Source: Dimargaris cristalligena
Lineage: Eukaryota
Assembly (NCBI GenBank): GCA_003614675.1
Contig: ML002410.1
Location: 1 to 33,251, forward strand
Length of the DNA stretch: 33,251 nucleotides
Direction: 5' to 3'
Shown here one piece after another: positions 12,761 to 23,641 of the stretch. Under the pieces are notes generated by a model. The model searched no databases, had not been told where the DNA came from, and saw only the letters and a program-made list of their open reading frames with translations. How positions within the stretch are numbered: the stretch's first letter is position 1; each line of letters begins with the position of its first letter. The translations under genes were made by a program, and so were the position numbers.

Positions 12761-13178
12761 GCGCCGGGATGTATATTTCGTAACTCGCCTTTCTACCTAC
12801 CTGACCCGCCCTTGTGGCATACTTATATTTATATCATCTCCACCCCCCCCTCCCATACCCATGCTGGCTTATTATAACTATTATTCAGAAACTGGTTTCG
12901 CAATCATGTCGTACAGGTTGCCCTATATTTTATATATTTCATTTTCCCCTCAACGGTAGACCCGTGACTATTATTTAGCTAACATCGCTTCCCAGCGCGT
13001 ATTGCGTGTACAATAAATTAAGTGGATAAAAAAAACTCAGTCTTGGATGTCTTGGAGGTATGGAATTGAAGGAGTGTGGATAACGGGGGAAGGCGGAGAA
13101 ATAGAGAACGAGAAAGACTATATCGACGGGAGAGATGAGGGGGGGGGACAATTGGTATGATAATAATGCTACTGTTCG

Positions 13179-14219
13179 CTACATCACAATTTGGTTGGGA
13201 TCAAATACGCCCTCGTCAAACTCGGTATCCGAACCATCGGACTCGGCGCCGTCACTCTCCGCTGCCGAATTATCCCCGCTAGGATGAAGGGCAGCGCATT
13301 CCGAAACACAGTCGAAAATCCGACGCAGTTGACCCGCATCCGCCGGTCGGAAATGCACTTCCGAGCCCAACGGCTCGTCCACTTCCCCGGTCGCCGAACC
13401 ATCGTCACTTTCCTCATCACTTTCCGATGCCAATTCGTCACCACCCCGACTCCGACTCTGTTTTGAACCCACTTCCCCTCCGTTCGTGGTAGATGCCGCC
13501 GTCGTCGTATTGGTTGGTGGCATAAAAGACCCATCAAAAATAGGACGATCAATTTGACAGTAGAGGTGGCCAGCTGCTGCTGCGGGGGTGGTGTCAGCTC
13601 CACTAGGTGATGGTGTATTCGAGGGGCGTACTACCCCATGGAGAATAATGGAGGGGTAGGGAAGGGCTAGACCACATTTCGATGTTTCGCTGTAGAAAAT
13701 CAGCTGACTGGCAGAAGGGCAAATACGGCATATACAATTGCATTAAACGAGGGAGGGGGATGATTCGGTTAGTGATCTTTAAGTGAGATGTGGGTGGGAG
13801 GCTCAGAAGTGAATTAATGAGAGAGATATGTATACTTGTGATTGATGACGAATCCCTGTCATCTGTGCTAGTCATATGGCATTATTCAACGCTGATTAAC
13901 AAGTGAATAAGCACGTAAAATGCACATAATAAACGAGGAAACGCTGCGGACGTATTTTGATGGACAGAAATCAGTGAAATGGTTGGATTTTGTTGACAAA
14001 GAGACGGGGCAATAGTATCATAATATGTATGCCATATAGGTATATCCGGCCTATTTACCTCTCGGCTACGTATAAACTGCCCTCACCCAAAGGTCCACAT
14101 GTGAGGGCCGGCGAAACCGTGCAGGTAATATGAGGGACTTGAAGCCGGAGGACTTGGCCGGCCCGGTCGGGCTGTTCCGGGGTGGTTAAAGCAGGTAAGG
14201 CCTTAATGAGGCGAGCCAT
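13179..14219 (-). CDS. CLNS1A: pICln / Lot5 (Voldacs domain) snRNP-assembly chaperone, about 229 aa, 2 exons
   Basis: Exon 1 is 14219-14059 (MARLIKALP...LGEGSLYVAE), the intron 14058-13708 (GTAAAT...CAG) and exon 2 13707-13179. The product has ICln-type segments GSLYVAESQLIFY, LPYPSIILHG, LYCQI, an acidic tract, and EVHFRP...IFDCVSECAALHP. A further small 3' exon cannot be excluded. Confidence 0.88.
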
Positions 14220-14897
14220 GGTCCACAAAATAGAGAGAGAGGGGGGATGCTGTCCAAAATACCGAGTAGGTCAATGAAGGGCAGTCAGCTGTAATGGGGA
14301 ATAACTACACTGTCAAGGTTGGTGGCAAGGTGGAATGAGAGAGGCTCCGTTTAGTCTATAGTCAATCGCTATACTACGCCAGCCTGATGTGGGGAATAGG
14401 CCGTTGCTGGTGGTGGTGGTCTTCGCTGCTTTCTTGAATTTGCCCTGTTGGTAGTGTTTTCCGCCTTCTCTTTCAATCTCCAATGGTCCAACTGACTAGA
14501 GAGCGATTAACTAGCACTAACACTGGTGGTTGTCACACGCTATTCCTACTAGATGGAGGAGACTAAAGGAGATTCTCTATACCCATTCCCAGCTAGATTG
14601 ATGGGGAAATCTAGTAAGACAGCTTTGCGTAAAAATGTCCCATCCATTTCCGCTCCACAATAGCTTATTTAATTATCATGTGACTAGACACATATCCACG
14701 CCTCTTTATTCAGGCGCCGCTGCCTCCACCAATAGATAGCCGATCCTCACTATCCAGTTTTTTTTTCTGTTAGTGATTAAAATATTTGGAAAAGATTTTT
14801 CAATTGCTGGTTATTTGCAGAGATTTTTTTTTACTCCACGGACCAAGTTAACCGGCTAAGGGGAATATCTTCCCGTAATTCGAGCTTAGCCCCCCTC

Positions 14898-14905
14898 TAT
14901 ATAAA
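14898..14905 (+). promoter_or_regulatory. Putative TATA box of the snoRNA host transcript
   Basis: TATATAAA about 125 nt upstream of the AAG|GTAGGT donor at 15025. Confidence 0.45.
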
Positions 14906-14924
14906 GCCGTAGGCTCTGTGCCAC

Positions 14925-15350
14925 TCTGGATTCGACATTCTTCTCTATTCCCATTTGTTGTTCTACTATCATTAGTATATTTCCACTTGACCATGTCGCT
15001 GTATTTATAGCGTTTCCCCATAAGGTAGGTTCACCCATCTGATTCGGCTGTTATGTTTTTCCTTGTTGAATGTTATGGCAATGAGGATGTCACGCTGGCA
15101 CCAATCTGATGAATAGGAACAAGCGATGATTCAGCATGCCTCCATGCCTGGAGTCCTGAGCCTTTACTTCACAAGTAGTTTATTTTAAGTAGGTTAGCAT
15201 CACCCTCTAATCGTGCAACTCTGGACCGTCGCTAATCATCGAGTAATGCTTATATTTTCTGACTTCCAATTGTAACTAGGTTGCACCGGTACTTGTCCAC
15301 TATCTCAGCTCTTATGATTTAATGATCTCTTAATAAAACTAATTTTGTAC
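14925..15350 (+). ncRNA. Putative spliced non-coding snoRNA host transcript (ends approximate)
   Basis: TATA at 14898, donor GTAGGT at 15025, branch-like GCTAAT at 15231 and CTGAC at 15259, acceptor TAG at 15277-15279, AATAAA near 15332. The exons contain only a 5-codon ORF (MSLYL, 14993-15010). Confidence 0.5.
15077..15162 (+). ncRNA. Box C/D snoRNA candidate, predicted guide for 18S rRNA Gm562-equivalent (snR40-like target)
   Basis: Terminal stem GGC/GCC, box C ATGAGGA at 15081-15087, box D' CTGA at 15106-15109, C'-like ATGATT at 15126-15131, box D CTGA at 15156-15159. The guide GCTGGCACCA (15094-15103) is perfectly complementary to the conserved SSU sequence UGGUGCCAGC. Confidence 0.72.
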
Positions 15351-16295
15351 TGAAAATTTTGTTTTCAATCGTTCTCATGTGAATATTATGTGGTTTAAAT
15401 GAATTTATGAGGTCAACTTCTTAGTAATTGTGGCGTGTTAGCTAATATAATGAGGAAGGGCACGAGATGCACCTGATAAGATGGCTTCAATGCTAATGGC
15501 CAAGAAGTTCAAAAATCCGTGAAATAATTTTGGGTGTAACGATGAGTGGATTCACGAGCGGCCGCCACTCTTACTTGGACCGACACTTCTTTGGGTGAAA
15601 AAATGAAGATTAAATGCCCTCCCAGAGAGAGAGAGAGAGAGCGCACCCGCCCCGTTCATCATCAGCGATCAGCGAGTGTATAAAACGGGACGGGGGGGCT
15701 TGGGAAGCGCAACCTGTGTGACAAGAGGGAGGGTTGCTCTGTGTGTGCATATCAGTTTGGCCCGTTATTATATTATTATTTTCTACTCTTGAGTCTGTGG
15801 TGCGCGTAACGTCGCGGTGGGACAGGTTGTACGATATGAGGCAGCGGGTGATACCCCCCCCCCCAAAAAAAACTAGTGCTTCCAGCTAGCGAGTGTGAAC
15901 TAGCGGAAAAATTGGTGAGGGAAGCAGGTAAACTTAACGAGAGGGTGTTCAATGGATGCCCAAATGATTGGATAATGCCGTGGTTGTCAATTATCCGATA
16001 TGGGCGCACAACGGAAACATAAGTATAGTAGTGGTCAATACAGAAACAGAGGCAGCTCGGTATGTATCAGGACATTGAAATCTCACCGTTCGATTATATT
16101 TAGATTTGGGCATTGATATATATATATATAAAGGCCAAAGTCATCCTGGGATGTTATTAGCATTTCATTTCAGGAGCTTCACCAACCTCGATATATATAT
16201 ATATTAATATAAAACGACGTCCATACTATTACTAATTCCAAGACAATTCATCCCCCATCCACTCATCTTTCGTTAATTTAACCACTACCCTAATC

Positions 16296-17075
16296 ATGCG
16301 TGTCTCCACTTTATCGTATCTGGTTTTCCTGGGCCTCGTGTCCCTTAGCCAAGCCCAGGCTATCCTCAGCCCCTCCACCCAGCCCCAGTTAGTTCGCCGT
16401 AGCCACCTCAATCGCCTCAGCTCCGCCAGTTCGCTTCTCCGCCACCAAATGCGCAGTACGTCCCCTCGCATTTCAACTTCCCTACTGCCCGTCGTTCCAG
16501 GGTCGATTTCCCCCTCCACCAGTTCGACCGGCCCCCGCGTACCGGTAGTCCCGGCGGACTCGGAATCGGAGGAGAAGGTGATAAGCACCTCCTCTTCTTC
16601 TTCCTATTCTCCGGGCCAGTACATGAGTGACACGCATCCCCTCGAACAACCCAGTCTGGGCGCGCTGGTGGCCCAATTCATTGAGGATGAATATAATCGT
16701 CAGCAGGAACGGCAGTTGGAAACGGAGTCCGAGAACCCCCTCCTCCGTAGTAGTAGTAGTAGCTCTCCTGTCCATCCCGGTGTCCAACCCGCGTTGGCCG
16801 CCAATAAGTCCAACAATGCCCAACCTCAGCAGGAGGAGGACCAGCGTCGTCGTCATAGTCCCTGGGTCACCGAAAAACTGGTGGAATACCACCCTAGTCC
16901 CGTACACCCCAAAGTCCAACCATCGTTGGCCAGTTTGGCCATCCAAGACGGGCGCAGTACCGGGCCCAGCGGTAAACCCAATCAAATGAAGTACCATCCC
17001 AGTCCCGTTCATCCGGCCGTACAGCCCGTGGTGGCTAGTGTGGCTAGAACCCTGTCCTTCAACAAATTAATTTAA
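16296..17075 (+). CDS. Secreted Ser/Pro-rich protein with four HPxxQPxL/V repeats, 259 aa
   Basis: Signal peptide MRVSTLSYLVFLGLVSLSQA, coding-like GC content, upstream TATATAAAG near 16125, and internal repeats at the protein level. Confidence 0.8.
   Translation: MRVSTLSYLVFLGLVSLSQAQAILSPSTQPQLVRRSHLNRLSSASSLLRHQMRSTSPRISTSLLPVVPGSISPSTSSTGPRVPVVPADSESEEKVISTSSSSSYSPGQYMSDTHPLEQPSLGALVAQFIEDEYNRQQERQLETESENPLLRSSSSSSPVHPGVQPALAANKSNNAQPQQEEDQRRRHSPWVTEKLVEYHPSPVHPKVQPSLASLAIQDGRSTGPSGKPNQMKYHPSPVHPAVQPVVASVARTLSFNKLI
16620..17042 (+). repeat. Four imperfect peptide repeats in the secreted protein
   Basis: YMSDTHPLEQPSLGAL (from 16620), SPVHPGVQPALAA (16764-16802), YHPSPVHPKVQPSLASL (16887-16937), YHPSPVHPAVQPVVASV (16992-17042). 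Confidence 0.8.
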
Positions 17076-17928
17076 ATATAACCCCAGCATTAGGTGGAAC
17101 CAATGAACTTCTTTTTCCCACCTTAGTTTTTCGGGTCCACTGAGACTAACAGTTACCAAGAACCGGATGTGGGTATCCTTACTTCACTTAGCCATAGGAC
17201 AATTTATGCGTTAGCAATCATTTGGTGTCTAGTAAACGTCCCAACAATTGCTACCGCTGGACAGCAATTTATTTTTTTGCGAACTTTACCATCTTTACAA
17301 TACATTATGGACTAGCCATACCTGTCCTTCTAAAATACGGAAATACTAATATAAACACCACCAATTCAAACGGAAACTTATAATTTCTTCAATCCTATCA
17401 ATGTAATCACAGCAAATGGTAAAAATAGTTCTGATGCAAATCAAGTCGGGTGTGTCTTGTTGGACCTGTGAGATTGTCTTGCTAACCACGACAATATATT
17501 ATTTCCGGAAATTTAGGCACCTAAGTGATTCCCAGGTACCCTCAAATGCATTGCTATAATATTACCTTTGCAATCTACAGCGGCAAATGCCCCAACATCT
17601 CAACCACGGTCTCCTTACTTAGTACAATAGTATCCAGGCATACAGATATAAACAGTTCAGAGTCTTTATAATGGGACAGCGCCATTTGTAGTAGCTGGGT
17701 GGGTCTGCTTTTTAAGACAAGGTAATCGATATGCTAAATGTAAAAATAAAATAAAAGTCAGTTGGTTAATATAAATGAGAGGGGGGCATGAGGAAAAAGA
17801 GACGTAAACAAGAATATTATGACATACATAATGAAATGGATAATAGTAGGGATAGTAAGATATGGTTCCAGCAGAAATAAAGGAGGAGGGTGGTGGTGGT
17901 AAGGGATAATAAAGAAGACAGAGACATT

Positions 17929-19184
17929 TTACAAGAGCCCGCAGTTGCGGAGATTAGCCTGAATAATAATATCGTTTACGGCGGCCATGACAAATTTAAT
18001 CTGGTGGGTATCCGTGGCACACGTGAAGTGGGTGTAAACCTGTTTAGAGTCCGACTGGTTTAGGGACACGAATCGCTTGTGTAGGTAATCACAGGCCATA
18101 TCGTAGTTGTTACCGCCTTCATAATCGGGGAAGTAGTGCTTCAGGGGGGACTTCGGCAGCTTGGCTCGGAACAGATCAATTTTGTTGAGGAACAGAATAA
18201 CGGAGGTACGGATGAACCAGCGGGAGTTGCAGATGGAGTCGAACAGAGTGAGGGCCTCCTGCATACGATTGACCGTTTCGTCCTCAATGAGCACTTGGTC
18301 GTATTCACTAATGGCCACCAGGAACAGGATGGCCGTGACGTTCTCGAAACAGTGAATCCATTTTTTCCGTTCCGACCGCTGGCCCCCCACGTCCAACATG
18401 CGGTAGGTTAACTCGCCCACCACAAACGTAGTTTCGGTGATACCGGTAGTCTTGACCCGGGAGCGTAGGACGTCCTGGTCGGTGGGGGTGTAGCCGGGCT
18501 GGCCCACTCGATCCATGGCATCGAAGTAAAAGGTGGCGGAGTCGTTCAACTGGAACTCCCGGGAGCGTTGGACGCAGGCACGTACCCCGGCGTCCTGCCA
18601 GAGGGCGCTGACGGCAACGGCAGCTGTCCGTGGTAGCTCGTCGGTGTCGAGTTGGATAGGCAGGGCGAGGACTACTTCGGCGTGATGTTCACTCTCGGGG
18701 TTGTCTAGGGTGATTTGCATGTATTCCATAGCCTCGAGGATGGCATGCATAGACTGGATGATGTTGGAGAAAATGATTTCCCGGAATGACTCGCGCTCAT
18801 CTTGGGTATAGCCACCATTGTGAATGAGTCTCATTTGCTTGAGAATGGTGCTTTTACCCGACTCACCAGCGCCTGGTGGGATTTCGGAAAAGCAATTTGG
18901 CCATACGGAAATTTATTCAAGGTTAGTAGTGCCTTATTTAAAGGGGGGAGCAGGGGTACTGTATGCGAGGGAGTAGCGCGGAATTAGCCACACTTAGGTA
19001 GGTGTAGCTTAGGGGTTGGCAAGGAGGGGCAGTAGGCCGCGCAGGGATAGGATTACATGTACATACCTAGCAGAAGCATCTTAACCTCATTCCGCATGGT
19101 CAGTTTGTCGCGTTTGAGTTGGGTTTCAATTTCATCGTTGGCGCGACGGCCCTCCAAATCCTCTTGGCTCAGACAGCAACCCAT
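17929..19184 (-). CDS. gna-1: Heterotrimeric G-protein alpha subunit, fungal group I (Gi-like), 353 aa, 2 coding exons
   Basis: Exon 1 is 19184-19067 (MGCCLS...KMLLL), the intron 19066-18873 (GTATGT...TACTAAC...CAG) and exon 2 18872-17929. Motifs: myristoylation MGxxx[29 protein letters not shown] and C-terminal CGLL. Confidence 0.97.
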
Positions 19185-22100
19185 TGTGGCGATTGTTTGG
19201 TGTGTATGTTGGTGAATAGGGCGCGGTGGGGGGAGTAGGGACCTGGTGGGAACAAGATATAGTGTGGGTGACGTGGTAAGAATACACGGCCAATATAGGT
19301 TAAATCGAATTGGATTAGCCGGATGTGGATAAGGTAGGCTTATCAATGAATAGTAATGCTACTGGATTATGAGTAGCAGGGAAAAAGAAGAGAACGGATG
19401 GCCATGGGTAGTGAGGGAGGATATATCCACGAGGAGGCAAGAAAATCTAAATAGCAGTGGATAAAGAATACATTCTTGCTAGAAAACCACCCAGGTCGGG
19501 TTGGGGCTCTAGTAGCACGGACCTCTACCTCCCTCCCCCTTTTCCCGTCGTCCATTACCACCTGGAGTAGACACACACACTCCCTTCTACCGCTCGCATT
19601 TTAGCCACTCGACCAGGGTATATACCCCTCGCCCTAAACGTGTGCTGTGGCCCAAGAGGGTGATACAGAAAGGAACCAAAATCCAACGACACCAATGGCG
19701 AGAGACTAGGCCCAAGGTCTGGCGTTCATAGTTAACACCCCCCCCCTTGATGGGCCCATAAGCAGAGGTGGAAGAAAAAAACCAAAAGGGCAATGTGTGT
19801 GTGTGTGTGGTAGAGCGGCGAATAGCCGAGTTGCACACACCCCATAGGAAGGAGAGAACGTGTTGGTAAAGTGGTGTAACCCAGGCAGGTGAAAACGGGG
19901 AGGCGCTACAAAGGAGAACGGATAAATTCTTTATGCGCAATCGCTAGTCTTTTTTTTTTAGGTATAAGCTTTAAAGGGGAAGGGGAAGCGGTTACAGCAG
20001 TAGGAGGGTGTGCTTCAAACTCGGAAATTGTTGACTCCGCCACCATAGTGGGGGATAACAGAAGAAGCCATTAGATACTGTAGGGGCCAGTGGTTAGCCG
20101 AGAAAGGTATAGGGACGAAGAAAAGCCCAACACCACCACCGGTTACGAACGGGAGTACTGTCAGCCCGGTTTCGGGGATTCAGTAACCCGAGGAGGAGGA
20201 GGAGGTGTAGGTGTGTATTTTGCACCGTCCCCTCGATAGCATTGCCCCCTGGCGCCACCCGGAGAGCCCGAGTAAAGCAAATATCTAGCCGCTTTTGGAG
20301 GACAACAGTGCGGAACGGCGAAAGAAGCGGGCATGTAAATAACACAGCGTCTACCTTCGAAACATAGAAAGGAGAGACCCACGGTAGAAAGTTTGGCGGT
20401 AGTTGGACCAGCGAGGTCAGTGCCGGGGTGGTGAGAATACTTACAATAGAATAAGGTCGGTGTGAACTATCGAGTAGCGGGTTAACGAGACAGTGAATAT
20501 ACTCGGGGACAGTCAGTATACAGAGGGCGTCCAAGCGAAGCGTACGGCGGCTAAAGGAGGAGGGTACGGAATGAGACGAGGAGGGATGCGAAGGAAGACG
20601 ACGGCCCGGCCGACTTGACGAAGTACTGAATTACCAAAGGGCTATATAACAACAGAGCGGGTGTATATTATTAATAATAATGATAATAATAAATGTAAGA
20701 AGGGAAAGTAGAGAAAGAGTCGCGACGGGACACGAAAGCGAAGCAGGTTCGTTAGATATAAAAGAAGAGCCCGTGGCTATATGCTACTAAGAAAGAGAGG
20801 GAAGAGAAAGGGAGGAGAACGAGACCTGTAAGAGAGAGAGAAAGGGGGGTGATGATATATGCACAAAATTGGGAATCGCTTGGTAAACGGGAGGGGCGCA
20901 TCTTATCGACGAAACCCTTTTATTCATTTTTAAGGATGCGTGTGGGTGTCTGTATAGTTTAGCCAGAGTTACTCTATAGCCAATGCGGGAGCAGGGATCG
21001 CCGACTGCCCGCTACGCAGTCCTGCCAATGAGTCGTTGCAGAGAACCCCCGTAAATCCTCTCATACGGCATCCCTTTCCCGTTCGGGGCCTCTCCTAGAC
21101 CGTTACTGCATATGACAGCCCCCCCCCGTTGTTACTTCCCGAATCGATCCAGCCTATCATCTCAGATAACAACCCTACGTCGATTTCATCCGCCGCCCCG
21201 TTACTTGGAACCCCAACCTGTTCTACTTCACCCTTCGTTCTTCACCATACAAAGTGTAGATACCGATGCGAAGCCATGTATGAGTAACAGCAGGTTTAAC
21301 CTTCATGAAGGCATTGCCCCCCAAGGGAGGCCCCTAAAAATAAAATAAACTATACATACATATATATATATATATACAAGTAGGCCGCCGTCCGCTCGTT
21401 TCTCCCCTACGTGCCGATCACGTCAATCGTACCTTCATGAATGACAGCCTCCCTTGAGCCACGGCCCATCAAGAAACCCTGGCCGTAATCCGTGGCAGTG
21501 CCAGTATTAGTGTTAGGGTTAGTGTTCTGTAGCCCGTCCGGGACCTCCAAAATTCCAGTTGGGCATGGGGGTATATATGTGGGACCCGTCGTAGTATTCC
21601 ATCCGCGCCGTCAAGGAAAAGGGGAGTCTGTTATTTATCCTTACCCTGCCGGAGTTTATTCCAGTTCTTTAAACCAGAACGTCCCGCACAATGCCCCAGA
21701 GCCACACATCCCCGCAAACAGGGGCTTAGCCATCATCATCATCAACATGTCCGCCCTTGGTCAAGCGAATGTAGGTGGCATTTCGTTCCATCTCTCCCGA
21801 CCGGCAATCATTCCTTCGCATTAGTAATATTAATGCGTATGCGAAGTATACCGCCCCGCCTGAAGGGTATCATCTCATCAGGCCGAATCTGCCAAGGCCG
21901 CTAATGAAATACAAGCGAAAGGCTTAAAATAAAGGGTTGTCGGGGGCGAAATAATGGGGGTGTCGGTCTTTCCTTTTTCCGCATGGAGCCCCCTCTCTAA
22001 TAGGTGGAGGGGGATAGAGAGGTGAGAACCCTTTCTTCTCCAAGGTTAGTGGCGCGACTTCGGAAGACCAAGGATATGGGTATAGGTCAGTCTCGTGAAT

Positions 22101-23096
22101 TATTTAGACGGCGAATTGAAAATGATAGGCCGATTTATATATATGGGAGAAGTTCATTCAGGCTGTATAATGAAAAATCCATTGGATGAGGCCAGCATTA
22201 CTGGTTAAAAATACATTTCCCATATATTCACCCATACATGTATTATGTAAAACCTTATGCAGCTGGTTTGAATTTCATCCATTTATATATATAAAGTAAG
22301 ACCGCCAATTAACATCCACCCTGGTCATGGACAGCAATACTAGTTAACTAAACCAAAGCCCCTCTTTCCCTTCGTCCATGTCTTACCGATGCACGAAGAA
22401 AACCCCACGGTTAATTGGACCCGTCTAATCAGCGAGGTGGCGGTACATGTGCAATATAACCACCACCACACCATATCCTAAGGTTCGAGGGGCATAGTAT
22501 AGCTAATAATGTTGCTGTGGTGCCTCGAATTAGGAAGACACCATTGTAAGGCATATCGGGAAGGAGAGGCAAGTCCCATCCATTGGTACCTATTTCCATC
22601 TTCACTTATAAATGCCTAGTCACCCTCCTCCAAATTTCGTAGAAGTAGGTGGTTGTCGGTGTATTATTAACATTATTATTGGCAGAGGCGGGGTTTTATT
22701 GTTGGATGAACAGGGGGGCCTTGCAATTAGTTGGATCGACAAGTTTGGAAAGATAAGCTAGTACCAAAGCAGGGGTGAAGATTGGCCGGAATAGGACGAG
22801 GAGGGACAGTGATTGTAATTATAAATAAGCATGGCAGCCGTGTACTTTGGTCCTAAATTTATATCAAAAACAGACATGTGCGCAGATAGATTCAGTCGGC
22901 CTGTTTTACTCTGGGGCATGTGTCCCTCCTCCCTGACAATCCACTGGGGAGTGGCTCAAATGGAGCCCCCCAAGTGCCCCCTTTTCTCCCCTTCACCCCC
23001 GCTCCATGTGGATGTCACTCCCTAACACCTCTATACCTATTTTCATCAATGAGCCAGTTAGGATGTCTCAGAGGCACCCCTCCCCCTGACATTCAA

Positions 23097-23119
23097 ATAT
23101 ATATATATATATATATATA
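23097..23119. repeat. (AT)n microsatellite
   Basis: About 11 consecutive AT units. Confidence 0.9.
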
Positions 23120-23641
23120 CAAGTGATGTAGACTCCCCAATGCTCACCACTCATTATACTACATTAGCTTAATGAAATCAGCTACGCTCCTGGTATGAAC
23201 CACGAACTGGCTACAGTATAAGATAAAAGTATCCGAAAATCATTGTTTTATTTACAAGTGTACAAATTAGCCAGTTCATAGGATTGCGGCCCAACGGATT
23301 CGATCCGCTCGGCCCGTTAGTACAGAGTGGCCGGGAACGCATGCCCGATGGTTGTGATGCCATTAGCCCAATTACACTATGCGCCGGGCGAGGGGATGGT
23401 GATAAATAAATGCATTTATAGAGTGAATATATAGATCAAACCAATAGTGCAGAATAAACGGGTTTAGAAGATGAGTTAGTGCATTGCGAGTAAAGAGGGA
23501 TTAGAGATGGTGGATGAGGGAGTTATGGGAATATCAGATTGGAATGAATAGGTTTGAAGATATGGAGGGAAAGGTGGGGAGAGGGTATACTATATGCACT
23601 AGGTAACACCATGTCTATGGATATATGCGCTATTCAATGAT

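Noticed and set aside
20094-23126. Short ORFs in the long intergenic region
   Set aside because: Mostly non-ATG starts, low complexity and no domains. Probably UTR or promoter sequence.
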